The translations under genes and the position numbers were made by a program. 55,764 nucleotides of DNA from Candidatus Moranbacteria bacterium RIFOXYA12_FULL_35_19 (lineage in GTDB: Bacteria; Patescibacteriota; Minisyncoccia; Moranbacterales; UBA2206). How positions within the stretch are numbered: the first letter of the stretch is position 1; each line of letters starts with the position of its first letter. The notes under the pieces were generated by a model, which ran no database searches, had not been told where the DNA came from, and saw nothing but the letters and a program-made list of their open reading frames with translations. Location: positions 1 through 55,764 of the forward strand of contig MFSE01000013.1 of NCBI GenBank assembly GCA_001784805.1, read 5' to 3'. This document shows positions 43,322-52,355 of the stretch, one piece after another.

Positions 43322-43657
43322 ATGAAAAAACCGGCAATCATGGTAAGATTGGGAGTAACCACCCACAAAAAACTGGTCGAATTGATTAAAAAAAATGCAG
43401 GAGGAGGACGGGAAATCAGTATACTTAAACATACTAATGATACCACCCTCATTATCATCACAAACTATTATCATAAACCGGCGCTTCGAGAGACCATCTG
43501 CGTAAAAGATACTATTATTTACGCATCAGAGATGATTGGCTTTCTTACTAATCTCTTGCTCAAAGCTAATCTGGCATTCGTTTATGAGCCAGAGCTTGAG
43601 ATGCAGGATTATCTTCAAGAACTGATCCGGAATTTCACTTTAAATCGTCAGCCTTAA
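43322..43657 (+). CDS. Hypothetical protein (111 aa)
   Basis: SD AAAGGAGA before the ATG. Confidence 0.45.
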   Translation: MKKPAIMVRLGVTTHKKLVELIKKNAGGGREISILKHTNDTTLIIITNYYHKPALRETICVKDTIIYASEMIGFLTNLLLKANLAFVYEPELEMQDYLQELIRNFTLNRQP

Positions 43658-43856
43658 ATCATCAACAATACATTGCCCTTTTCAAGCTCGGAATGCTACA
43701 CAGCGTTTCGGGCTTTTTTATTTCCCAAATTATTTGACTAATAAGCTAATTAACGCTAATTTAATCTTAGGTAGTTTCCAAGGAGGAAATCAACGATTTG
43801 GGGATTTTTTAAGTAGTTCGTTAACAATTAGAACTTCATACTAAAGGAGGTGCGTT

Positions 43857-44009
43857 ATGAAGTATTGGTGTAAAAAACATAAGAGATCAGTTTCAGCCAA
43901 AAAAGCTAGCACTAAATGTTTATTACACAATGCCCATACTAGGTGCAAGCATCTTGTCAAAAAAAGAGCTTGCAAAAAAAATCTTAGAGATGAAAGGATA
44001 AAATCATGA
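43857..44009 (+). CDS. Lys/Cys/His-rich microprotein (50 aa), not in the ORF track
   Basis: MKYWCKKHKRSVSAKKASTKCLLHNAHTRCKHLVKKRACKKNLRDERIKS. SD AAAGGAGG lies 6 nt upstream. Its stop overlaps the next start (ATGA). Confidence 0.5.
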   Translation: MKYWCKKHKRSVSAKKASTKCLLHNAHTRCKHLVKKRACKKNLRDERIKS

Positions 44010-44761
44010 AACCTGTAATTATTTTGCCGTATGATGGTTATGAAAGTGCTGAAAAACTCGTGATCAGCTGTGCGAATTTCTTCAAAACAGCTTTTGCCAC
44101 GCAACTCGTAGCCTTTATTAAATTAAATGATGCTCTTCATTTCCGAAAAGTGGGGCCGGAAATATTGGCAATGCTTTCCGAAGTCAAACCTACCAGTGTT
44201 CGATATTTCATTGACCTCAAGATTCCGGATGTTTTACAGACAGACAAAAATATCCTACGTCATTATGTAGAATTCAAGCCGGCAATTGTGACTGTATCAT
44301 CTATTGTCGCCTCCAAATCTCTGATGGCAGTAAAGGAAATTCTTCCGGAAACAAAGATTGCTCTCGTTGACACATTAACTGACATACCAGAAGATGAATG
44401 CCTAAAGCGATACGGTATACCACCGCTCGAAAAAATTTCAAAAGCCCTATCCGATTTCGATGAGCTTCTCAAGAACGATAACCCCATTGAAATGGTGGTC
44501 TGCAGTCCACGGGAAACCAAAGAACTTAAAAGGCGTTTCTCACAATATGAATTTGTTAACGCCGGAATACGAAGTCGTCATATGGCCAAAGATCATCAGG
44601 AAAGAATAACCAGTGCATACGATGCATTAAAAAACGGCGCCGATTGGCTTGTGATGGGAACCCAAATCGAAAAAGGCAATCCCAAGGGTGGCATTTCTCC
44701 GGAAGAAAGCCAAAAAATTACACTGGAAGAAATTGAACAGTACTTTAAGGAAAAATTATAA
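44006..44761 (+). CDS. Orotidine-5'-phosphate-decarboxylase-family protein, divergent
   Basis: IKLNDALHF...FIDLKIPDVLQTD (DxKxxD) and NAGIRSRH...DALKNGADWLVMGTQI follow the OMPDC layout. GTQI replaces the usual GR(P/A)I. Confidence 0.55.
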   Translation: MKPVIILPYDGYESAEKLVISCANFFKTAFATQLVAFIKLNDALHFRKVGPEILAMLSEVKPTSVRYFIDLKIPDVLQTDKNILRHYVEFKPAIVTVSSIVASKSLMAVKEILPETKIALVDTLTDIPEDECLKRYGIPPLEKISKALSDFDELLKNDNPIEMVVCSPRETKELKRRFSQYEFVNAGIRSRHMAKDHQERITSAYDALKNGADWLVMGTQIEKGNPKGGISPEESQKITLEEIEQYFKEKL

Positions 44762-44786
44762 ACCATATCATACAACGATTATATCC

Positions 44787-44830
44787 AACCAGCGCCCTCA
44801 CAAAAGGAGGAGAAATGCGCTGGTTTTTTT
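44787..44830 (+). terminator. Rho-independent terminator
   Basis: AACCAGCGC-loop-GCGCTGGTT followed by T7. Confidence 0.75.
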
Positions 44831-44842
44831 ATACCCCAAAAT

Positions 44843-44871
44843 TTGACACAATCCTAATTCTAAACTACAAT
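44843..44871 (+). promoter_or_regulatory. Sigma-70-like promoter, about 220 nt upstream of rpsA
   Basis: TTGACA (44843-44848), 17-nt spacer, TACAAT (44866-44871). Confidence 0.55.
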
Positions 44872-44997
44872 GACTTTACGGTTAATTATTAAGAAAAATG
44901 AATAGGGGATGGTTTAATCCCTGTTTATACCCAGCTTAGGCTGTGGATAAAGTCTTAATAATTTCCTTTAATTGAGGGAATTTTTATTTTTTTAATC

Positions 44998-45085
44998 TTT
45001 ACGAACTACGAAATGACCGAAATACGAAACATTTAAAATACCTTTCGTACTTTCGTATTTAGTATTTATTTCGTAGTTCGTAAAC
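44998..45085. repeat. Complete TACGAAA/TTTCGTA word-hairpin (empty version)
   Basis: TTTACGAACTACGAAATGACCGAAATACGAAAC, a loop of about 12 nt, then TTTCGTACTTTCGTATTTAGTATTTATTTCGTAGTTCGTAAAC. Ends 9 nt before the rpsA ATG. Confidence 0.75.
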
Positions 45086-45093
45086 AAAATATT

Positions 45094-46479
45094 ATGTCAG
45101 ACATTTTAGACAATCTTGCCAAAGAAGTTGATAAAATTTCGCAAGAAGAAGTAAATTTAAACAAAAAAAACTCTAATAAAGAAACTCTACCGGCTGATTT
45201 GCCGGAAGATGATTCTTTGATGAGCCAGTTAATGGCGAAAAGTTCTCTAAAATTTCCAGAAGTAGGCGACACAACCTCTGGAAAAGTTATTTTTGTTTCT
45301 TCTAATGAAATATATCTCGATCTTAACCCTTTTGGAACAGGCGTAGTGCTTGGAAAAGAGATAAAAGACGGACTGGGAACAGGTAAACTTAAAATCGGAG
45401 ATACTGTAAATGCTACTATCATTGATACAGAAAATGAAGATGGCTATATTGAACTTTCTATTCGAGAAGCTTCTTGTGAAAAAGCTTGGGATGATTTGGA
45501 AAGCAAACGCGACACCCAAGAAAAAGTTTTCGTTAAGGTTCTTAGCGCTAACAAAGGTGGTCTTTTAGCTGAAGTCAATGGCATTTCTGGTTTTTTGCCA
45601 GTTTCACAATTATCCAGCAAAAATTATCCGCGAGTGGAAGATGGCGATAAAAATAAAATTCTCAATTTACTCAAAAAATTAATTGGCCAAGAATTGGAAG
45701 TGCGCATAATTGATGCCAACCGAGAATCAGAAAAACTTATCGTGAGCGAAAAAGCGGCTCAAAGTGAACGCGATATGGAAGTTATTTCCGCTTTAAATGT
45801 CGGCGACACAGTGAGTGGAGAAATTAGTGGGGTAGTTGATTTTGGTGCTTTTCTTAAATTTTCTCTCAAAGAAAATGAAGGAGAAAGAAAGTTGGAAGGT
45901 TTAGTACATATTTCAGAATTAGCTTGGCAGTTGATTGAAGATCCACGAACAATTGTAAAAGTTGGCGATAAAGTCAAAGCAAAAATAATTGCTATCGATG
46001 GAGACAAGATTTCCCTTTCCATCCGCGCTCTGCAAGAAGATCCTTGGTCTGAAATTTCCGCTAAATATAAAAAAGGTGATCTAGTTATAGGAACAGTCAA
46101 CAAAATAAATCACTTTGGAGCATTTGTCTATCTAGACAAAGACATTCATGGCTTGGCGCATATTAGCGAGATGTCAGAAATGTATCCTGGCAAAAGTTTG
46201 AATGAATTAATAAAAGTTGGAGAAAAATATAATTGGGAAATTCTTTCTATCGAACCAAAAGAACATCGGATGGGACTTGTGCTAGCGAAGGATAAAAAGA
46301 AACAGAAAAATACAGAAGAAAAACAGAATGACACAGAGGTTAAGGAAGTGAAAGAAAAAAAGGAGAAAGTAGAAAAGTCCGCCTCTGCTAAAGCTACGGC
46401 GGATAAGAAAGAAGTTAAGAGTAAAGCTAAAAAGAAACCAGCCTCCGCAAAAGCTACGGCTGGCAAGGAAGAAAAATAA
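45094..46479 (+). CDS. rpsA: 30S ribosomal protein S1 (four S1 domains) with a K/E/A-rich tail
   Basis: Repeated S1 OB-fold segments (GDTTSGKV, GISGFLPVSQL, GDTVSGEISGVVDFGAFLKF, GLVHISEL, GDLVIGTVNKINHFGAFVYL, GLAHISEM). Confidence 0.85.
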   Translation: MSDILDNLAKEVDKISQEEVNLNKKNSNKETLPADLPEDDSLMSQLMAKSSLKFPEVGDTTSGKVIFVSSNEIYLDLNPFGTGVVLGKEIKDGLGTGKLKIGDTVNATIIDTENEDGYIELSIREASCEKAWDDLESKRDTQEKVFVKVLSANKGGLLAEVNGISGFLPVSQLSSKNYPRVEDGDKNKILNLLKKLIGQELEVRIIDANRESEKLIVSEKAAQSERDMEVISALNVGDTVSGEISGVVDFGAFLKFSLKENEGERKLEGLVHISELAWQLIEDPRTIVKVGDKVKAKIIAIDGDKISLSIRALQEDPWSEISAKYKKGDLVIGTVNKINHFGAFVYLDKDIHGLAHISEMSEMYPGKSLNELIKVGEKYNWEILSIEPKEHRMGLVLAKDKKKQKNTEEKQNDTEVKEVKEKKEKVEKSASAKATADKKEVKSKAKKKPASAKATAGKEEK

Positions 46480-46489
46480 AAACATTTTT

Positions 46490-47053
46490 ATGTCTAATAT
46501 TTTTATTATTTCCGGACCATCAGGCGCCGGAGAAGATAGCGTGATTGAAGGATTGAAAAAATATTTTGAAATTGAAAGAATAATCACAACAACAACTAGA
46601 CAAATGCGTTCGGGAGAATCTCAAGGACATCCTTATTATTTCATTTCGAAAGAAGAATTTATTACTAAACGCGACAAAGGAGAATTTGTTGAATGGGCCG
46701 AGCAGTATAATGGAAATTTTTATGGCGTTTCAAAAGAAGAAATTGAAAGGGTTAAAAATTCAGGGAAAATCGGAACTTGGAAGATTGAATGGAAAGGAGT
46801 TATCACCGCTAAAAAAATATATCCAGAAATAAAAGCAATTTTTATTACCGTTCCAGACTTAAAAATTCTTGAAGACAGGATTCGCCGACGCGATGGAGTT
46901 TCGGATGAATATATAAAAGAAAGAATGGAATATACGAAAGAATGGATGAAGCACGAAGATATTTATGATTATAAGGTCGTAAACGAAGAAGGCAAACTCG
47001 ACGAAACGGTTCAAAAAGTGGCGGAAATTATAAAAGAAAATTTACATATCTAG
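46490..47053 (+). CDS. gmk: Guanylate kinase homolog with a non-canonical P-loop
   Basis: Gmk-like throughout (TTTRQMRSGESQGHPYYF, EWAEQYNGNFYGV), but Walker A reads GPSGAGEDS instead of GPSG(A/V)GK(S/T). Confidence 0.7.
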   Translation: MSNIFIISGPSGAGEDSVIEGLKKYFEIERIITTTTRQMRSGESQGHPYYFISKEEFITKRDKGEFVEWAEQYNGNFYGVSKEEIERVKNSGKIGTWKIEWKGVITAKKIYPEIKAIFITVPDLKILEDRIRRRDGVSDEYIKERMEYTKEWMKHEDIYDYKVVNEEGKLDETVQKVAEIIKENLHI

Positions 47054-47102
47054 ACTCTAAGTGTCTAGAAAAGTTTAAGCGCCGTTAGACACTTAGAGTC
47101 TA
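47051..47102. repeat. Perfect 17-bp-arm hairpin overlapping the gmk stop
   Basis: TAGACTCTAAGTGTCTA (47051-47067) pairs with TAGACACTTAGAGTCTA (47086-47102). Confidence 0.75.
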
Positions 47103-47117
47103 AGCGACAAAATTTAG

Positions 47118-48083
47118 ATGTCTAACTTAATCAAAAAAGTTCAGAATATAATCTTTCAAAATAATCTCTTTGACCGCGGAGCAAAAATAATTTTGGCGGT
47201 TTCTGGCGGACCAGACAGTGTTTGCATGCTTGATATTTTTTCGCGTCTACAAAAAAAATATTCACTAGAACTTATTATCGCGCATGTGAATTATAATTTG
47301 CGTGGAAATGATAGTAAAAAAGATGCCGAATTCGTGCAGAAATTAGCGGAAAAATATAATCTAGAAATTTTTGCTTTGGATTTGGTAGAGACGAGGCATG
47401 CCTCGTCTCTACGCGACGGGAAAAATATTTCGGAAAATTATCTGCGCGAAATTCGTTATGATTTTTTTGAAAAACTTCGCATGGAAAATAATTTTGATGC
47501 TATCGCTGTCGCACATAACGCCGATGATCAAGTAGAAACATTTTTAATGCGCATTATTCGTGGCAGTGGAATGTCAGGACTTTCTGCGATGAAATTTAAG
47601 AATGAAAAAATAATTCGACCGTTGCTTTCAATTAGTCGCCAAGAAATTTTGCAGTATTTGAAAATCAACAAGCTGAAATATCGCACAGATAAAACGAATG
47701 CACAGAATTTATTTCTTAGAAACAAGATTCGAAACAACCTTATTCCGCTTTTGGAAAAAAATTTCAATTCTAAAATCAAAGAAACTATTTTTGATTCTTT
47801 GATTTCAATTTCGCAGGATTCCGATTATCTTGAAAAGACTGCTCTAAAAAATTCAAATAGTTTAGAAATCAAAAAACTAGAAAAACTACATCCGGCAATT
47901 CTTCGAAGAGTCTTACGCAATAATTTAAAAAACATAAAAGGAGATTTGAAAAATATCAGTGCTAATAGCATTGAAGAAATCATAAAAATCATAAAAAGCA
48001 CGAAAAACAAAACCCAAACTGTAATAATGTTAGGGTTGAAAATTATTCGAAAGAATGATAAAATCGTAATTAGTAAATTGTAA
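47118..48083 (+). CDS. tilS: tRNA(Ile)-lysidine synthetase
   Basis: PP-loop ILAVSGGPDSVCML and the HNADDQVETFLMRIIRGSG motif. Confidence 0.9.
   Translation: MSNLIKKVQNIIFQNNLFDRGAKIILAVSGGPDSVCMLDIFSRLQKKYSLELIIAHVNYNLRGNDSKKDAEFVQKLAEKYNLEIFALDLVETRHASSLRDGKNISENYLREIRYDFFEKLRMENNFDAIAVAHNADDQVETFLMRIIRGSGMSGLSAMKFKNEKIIRPLLSISRQEILQYLKINKLKYRTDKTNAQNLFLRNKIRNNLIPLLEKNFNSKIKETIFDSLISISQDSDYLEKTALKNSNSLEIKKLEKLHPAILRRVLRNNLKNIKGDLKNISANSIEEIIKIIKSTKNKTQTVIMLGLKIIRKNDKIVISKL
47385..47412. repeat. Perfect 28-bp GC-rich palindrome inside tilS
   Basis: GTAGAGACGAGGCA|TGCCTCGTCTCTAC encodes VETRHASSLR. Confidence 0.8.
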
Positions 48084-48100
48084 ATCGTAATTTGGAATAA

Positions 48101-48147
48101 TTCGAACTTTCGTATTTTCGTAATTTCGTTTTATTCGTAGTTCGTAA
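48101..48147. repeat. TTTCGTA-word repeat (half element) upstream of ftsH
   Basis: TTCGAACTTTCGTATTTTCGTAATTTCGTTTTATTCGTAGTTCGTAA. Confidence 0.6.
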
Positions 48148-48149
48148 TT

Positions 48150-50003
48150 ATGCAGAAGCTATTCAAAAACATCGGCATTGTCATCTTAATCTTCCTTTTT
48201 ATTTCCGGAATTTTCGTTCTTTACGGCAGTCCAACTGTTAAACCTGATGTTATTTCTCTTTCCACGCTAGCTCAACAAGTAAACGAAGGAAAGGTTAAAG
48301 AGATAAAAGTTGACACAAATAATCTTGATATCACGCTTAGCGACGGAAAAAAGGAAAAATCCACCAAGGAAACTAGCGCTGGAATAGTAGAAACACTCAA
48401 AAATTATGGAGTTGACAGCGCAAAAATTCAAAATGTAAGCATCGATATCCAAAGCGAATCAGGTATGACTTTTTGGCTAGGAACAATTCTGCCTTTTCTT
48501 TTGCCATTTCTTTTGGTCGGCGCTTTTATTTGGTTTATGTTCCGCCAAGCCCAACGAGGAAATAATCAGGCGTTATCATTTGGCTCTTCCCGCGCTCGCA
48601 TGACTGATCCAAAAAATAAAAATCAAAAAATTACCTTCAAAGATGTGGCTGGATCCAAAGAAGCTAAGGAAGAATTATGTGAAATTGTAGAATTTCTAAA
48701 AAATCCGAAAAAATTCTTGAATCTTGGGGCTAAAATTCCTAAAGGTGTTCTTTTACTTGGTTCTCCTGGAACTGGAAAAACTTTGATTGCCAAAGCAGTA
48801 GCCGGTGAAGCTAATGTACCATTTTTCAATATTAGTGGTTCAGAATTTGTAGAAATGTTTGTAGGCGTCGGAGCTTCACGAGTGCGCGATCTCTTCAAAC
48901 AAGCCAAGAAAAACTCACCCGCGATCATTTTCATTGATGAAATTGACGCGGTCGGAAGACATCGTGGTGCGGGGCTAGGTGGAGGACACGACGAAAGAGA
49001 ACAAACCCTAAATCAAATTCTGGTAGAAATGGATGGCTTTGACACCAACACCAATGTAATTATTATTGCTGCCACCAACCGTCCTGATGTACTTGATCCG
49101 GCGCTTCTTCGCCCTGGAAGATTTGACCGCCGAGTAACGATGGATTTGCCAGACATTGCTGAACGAGAAGAAATTTTAAAATTACATTCTAAAAATAAAC
49201 CCTTGGCCAAAGAAGCTGATTTGAAAAAAATCGCTCAAAGAACTCCTGGTTTTTCCGGCGCCGATCTTTCTAATCTTCTCAATGAAAGCGCTATTTTGAC
49301 TGCTCGAAGAAATAAAAAAATAATTTCTATGGACGAGCTCACCGAATCGATTGAAAAAGTTATCCTTGGCCCAGAACGAAGAAGTCGAAGAATTGATGAA
49401 GAAGAAAAGAAAATTATTGCTTACCATGAAGCGGGACATGCACTTTTGGCCGCCACTCTCAAAAACGCTGATCCCGTCCAAAAAATTTCTATCATTTCTC
49501 GTGGGTCAGCCGGTGGATATACTTTCAGCACCCCAGAAAAAGATAAGACTTTACATTCGAGAAATTATTTTATCGATGAACTTTCCGTTTTGCTTGGAGG
49601 ATATGTGAGTGAAAAATTGACTTTTGGCGATGTGACTACTGGAGCTTCTAATGATTTAGAAAGAGCCACAAATATGTCGCGAAGCTTGGTCACTCGCTAT
49701 GGAATGAGCGAGCTTGGACCACGTACTTTTGGGCACAAAGAAGAATTAGTTTTCCTTGGCAAGGAAATGCATGAAGAAAAAAATTATTCCGAAAAAACTG
49801 CCCAGGATATTGACCGCCAAGTTTCTCTTTTTATCGAAAATGCTTATCAAGTTGCTAAAAATATTTTGCAAGACAAAAAAGAATTGCTGGAAAAACTTTC
49901 CGCCACTCTTTTAGAAAAAGAAACAATTGAACAAGAAGAATTTAATGAAATTGTGGGGATAATTAAGAAAGAAGCAATAAGTGAAAAAGAAAATGGAAAT
50001 TAG
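48150..50003 (+). CDS. ftsH: ATP-dependent zinc metalloprotease FtsH
   Basis: Two N-terminal TM helices, Walker A GSPGTGKT, Walker [32 protein letters not shown], zinc motif HEAGHA. Confidence 0.95.
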   Translation: MQKLFKNIGIVILIFLFISGIFVLYGSPTVKPDVISLSTLAQQVNEGKVKEIKVDTNNLDITLSDGKKEKSTKETSAGIVETLKNYGVDSAKIQNVSIDIQSESGMTFWLGTILPFLLPFLLVGAFIWFMFRQAQRGNNQALSFGSSRARMTDPKNKNQKITFKDVAGSKEAKEELCEIVEFLKNPKKFLNLGAKIPKGVLLLGSPGTGKTLIAKAVAGEANVPFFNISGSEFVEMFVGVGASRVRDLFKQAKKNSPAIIFIDEIDAVGRHRGAGLGGGHDEREQTLNQILVEMDGFDTNTNVIIIAATNRPDVLDPALLRPGRFDRRVTMDLPDIAEREEILKLHSKNKPLAKEADLKKIAQRTPGFSGADLSNLLNESAILTARRNKKIISMDELTESIEKVILGPERRSRRIDEEEKKIIAYHEAGHALLAATLKNADPVQKISIISRGSAGGYTFSTPEKDKTLHSRNYFIDELSVLLGGYVSEKLTFGDVTTGASNDLERATNMSRSLVTRYGMSELGPRTFGHKEELVFLGKEMHEEKNYSEKTAQDIDRQVSLFIENAYQVAKNILQDKKELLEKLSATLLEKETIEQEEFNEIVGIIKKEAISEKENGN

Positions 50004-50105
50004 CTCAAGAGAATAGATGATAGAAAAAAGAAAATTATTTATTCTTTTTTCTAATCTCAAATTTCTTGAACCATTTTCTAATTTCCAATAACTATTTTCT
50101 AAAAA
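50004..50105. repeat. Intergenic word-hairpin, TTCTAATTTC family, copy 3
   Basis: AGCTCAAGAGAATAGATGATAGAAAAAAG faces TTTCTTGAACCATTTTCTAATTTCC. TTCTAATTTC lies at 50076-50085. Confidence 0.6.
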
Positions 50106-50106
50106 T

Positions 50107-51084
50107 ATGCTTAAAATAAATTACCTAGACATTATCAAAAAAGCTTGGGCAATCACTTGGAAAAATCGCTATTTATGGTGGTTTGGATTTTTTGTGGCCT
50201 TAGGTGGCGGAGGAAGCGCCAATTATTTTTTCAATTCAGATGATGAGAAAAAATTAAATCCGGCGCAAAATGAAAAAATTCTAGAATTTTTTTCTCAAAA
50301 TATGTCTTGGATTATAACTTTTATAATCATCGCTTTTTTACTCTTGATTATTTTTTCTATTCTAAACATTATCGGCCGAGGCGCGCTTATCACTTCGATT
50401 GAAAAAAATTCCCAAGGGCAAATCGCTAATTTCAAATCCGGTTGGAACTCTGGCAAGAAAAACTTTTGGAAAATATTTTATATCAATATTTTCTTGAGTC
50501 TTTTTATTTTTTTCACTCTCATTGTTCTTGTCGCTCCTTTGGCAGTTTTATTTCTGAATAAAAATTATATTATTGGCGGAGTTTTGTCTTTTTTGGCGGT
50601 TATTATTTTTATTCCTCTGGTAATTTTAGTTTCCTATCTAAGAATTTATAGCTATCTTTATGCTGTTTTAGGAAAATTAAATTTCTGGCCAGCCTTAGAA
50701 AACGCTTACAAACTTTTTGCCAAAAATATTTGGCCCAGTATTATCTTAAGTTTGATTTTTATCCCACTAAGTTTTGTTTTTATGCTGGTTATTTTTACTG
50801 TTTTACTTATATTATTTTTCATTTTTCTCCTTCTTAGCGGAATTGTTTTTTGGCTATTTGGAAAAATTACCGCCATTATTATCGGCGCCATTGGAATAAC
50901 AATCTTTCTATTAATCTTACTTTTTCTTCAAAGTATCTACGCTGTTTTTTCCCAAAGCATTTGGATTCTTTTTTTCCATGAAATCGCAACGCCTAAAATT
51001 CCCGAAGAAATTGTTGCTACCGAAACCACAACTGAACCACTCCAAAAACCAATGCCAGTAATTGAAGTGAGGAAAGAGAATTAA
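50107..51084 (+). CDS. Polytopic membrane protein, unknown function
   Basis: 325 aa with about 6 hydrophobic helices. Confidence 0.5.
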   Translation: MLKINYLDIIKKAWAITWKNRYLWWFGFFVALGGGGSANYFFNSDDEKKLNPAQNEKILEFFSQNMSWIITFIIIAFLLLIIFSILNIIGRGALITSIEKNSQGQIANFKSGWNSGKKNFWKIFYINIFLSLFIFFTLIVLVAPLAVLFLNKNYIIGGVLSFLAVIIFIPLVILVSYLRIYSYLYAVLGKLNFWPALENAYKLFAKNIWPSIILSLIFIPLSFVFMLVIFTVLLILFFIFLLLSGIVFWLFGKITAIIIGAIGITIFLLILLFLQSIYAVFSQSIWILFFHEIATPKIPEEIVATETTTEPLQKPMPVIEVRKEN

Positions 51085-51091
51085 ATTTTAA

Positions 51092-51155
51092 TTGTCATCC
51101 TGAATTCATTTCAGGATCTACTAAACAAGATGCTGAAATAAATTCAGCATGACAA
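51092..51155. repeat. REP-like double hairpin
   Basis: TTGTCATCCTGAATTCATTTCAGGATC faces GATGCTGAAATAAATTCAGCATGACAA. Each arm is itself a hairpin (CCTGAA/TTCAGG, GCTGAA/TTCAGC). Confidence 0.7.
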
Positions 51156-51177
51156 AACTATATTATTCTAGAAGCCT

Positions 51178-51212
51178 AAAACCGCCCCGATTCAATCGAG
51201 GCGGTTTTTTTT
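51178..51212 (+). terminator. Rho-independent terminator
   Basis: AAACCGCC-loop-GGCGGTTT followed by T8. Confidence 0.75.
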
Positions 51213-51213
51213 G

Positions 51214-51285
51214 TGGGACTGACAGGATTCGAACCTGTGACCAGGCGATTATGAGTCGCTCGCTCTACCACTGAGCTACAGTCCC
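51214..51285 (-). tRNA. tRNA with anticodon CAT (elongator Met or lysidine-modified Ile2)
   Basis: Hand fold. Acceptor GGGACTG/CAGTCCC, loop CTCATAA, T-loop TTCGAAT. No initiator features (no C1:A72 mismatch, no GGG/CCC in the anticodon stem). Confidence 0.8.
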
Positions 51286-51296
51286 TATATTTGTTG

Positions 51297-51370
51297 TGGG
51301 TATTACTGGACTCGAACCAGTGACCTTCACAATGTCAATGTGACGCTCTAACCAGCTGAGCTAAACACCC
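51297..51370 (-). tRNA. tRNA-Val (anticodon GAC)
   Basis: Hand fold. Acceptor GGGTGTT/AATACCC, stem TCACA/TGTGA, loop TTGACAT. Confidence 0.85.
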
Positions 51371-51410
51371 GGCATAACATCTCTCATACTATTTCAAAAA
51401 AAACAATTGG

Positions 51411-52355
51411 TCAATCTTTTTTCCTTCTTCTGGCGTGAAATGCTTTATGCACTTCTTTGAGATGTGGGTTAGTAACATGGGTATAAATTTGGGTGGTGTT
51501 GATTGAAGCGTGGCCAAGCATCGCTTGTACTGAACGAATATCCGCTCCGTTCATCAAAAGATCGGTAGCAAAAGAATGGCGAAGAGTGTGCGGATGGACA
51601 TCTTTTACAATCCCAGCCTTCAGCGCATAATATTTAACAATTCGTTGAATAGAACGGGGAGTAAGACGCAAATTATCATCGTCTTTTGTATTTTTATTTT
51701 TCTTCTTAAATTTCGCCAAACCCTTCACATCCCGCACAAACAACGCCGGATCAATATCTTCTCTTTTTTTGAGATATTCTTCTAATGATTTTTTGGCTGT
51801 ATCAGAGATAAAAACTACCCGAATTTTGTTGCCCTTGCCTCGCACACTCAATTCTCCACTTTTGAGATTAAGTTTATCCCGATTGATATTAGTTAGCTCT
51901 GAAACTCGGAGTCCTGCCGAGAAAAGCAATTCCATAATTGCCCGGTCACGCAAAGATTTGAAATTTACTCCGCCAGCCGATTCCAAAATCCTCTCCACTT
52001 CGCTGTTTTCCAAAAAATCTACCTCTCGCTCCGGAGTTTTGCCAATCTCCACTTTTTCTGCCTGAAGAGTTTTCACATCCCTCTTGGCTAAATACTTTAA
52101 AAAACATCTTAACGCAATAATATAATAATTTTGAGTTATTTTCTTTAGATTTTGACCTTTTTCATCGGAAAATCGATTGAGATACAATCTAAAATTTCTG
52201 ACCAAATCATCATTAATATCCTTGGGATTGCTAATTTTTGCCCAAAGCAAAAATTTATCCAAATAACGACCATAATTTTCAATGGTTTTGGGCGAGCGCT
52301 GTTTTTCCACTTCCAAATATTCCAAAAATTGAGTTTTTAGCTCTTCGAGCTTCAT
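51411..52355 (-). CDS. xerC: Tyrosine site-specific recombinase, XerC/XerD type
   Basis: N-terminal SAM-like domain. C-terminal GLRVSEL, HPHTLRHSFATDLL and LGHASINTTQIYTHV. Confidence 0.85.
   Translation of the reverse strand: MKLEELKTQFLEYLEVEKQRSPKTIENYGRYLDKFLLWAKISNPKDINDDLVRNFRLYLNRFSDEKGQNLKKITQNYYIIALRCFLKYLAKRDVKTLQAEKVEIGKTPEREVDFLENSEVERILESAGGVNFKSLRDRAIMELLFSAGLRVSELTNINRDKLNLKSGELSVRGKGNKIRVVFISDTAKKSLEEYLKKREDIDPALFVRDVKGLAKFKKKNKNTKDDDNLRLTPRSIQRIVKYYALKAGIVKDVHPHTLRHSFATDLLMNGADIRSVQAMLGHASINTTQIYTHVTNPHLKEVHKAFHARRRKKD

Noticed and set aside
46146-46587. Minus-strand ORFs overlapping the 3' end of rpsA and the start of gmk.
   Set aside because: They are products of the K/E-rich low-complexity tail read in reverse (F/L/S-rich). 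No independent support.
51214-52355. Xer-type recombinase next to two tRNA genes, as the integrase of an integrated island.
   Set aside because: The protein has the XerC/XerD architecture and motifs. I found no duplicated tRNA 3' end or att-like repeat nearby, and the flanking genes are housekeeping.
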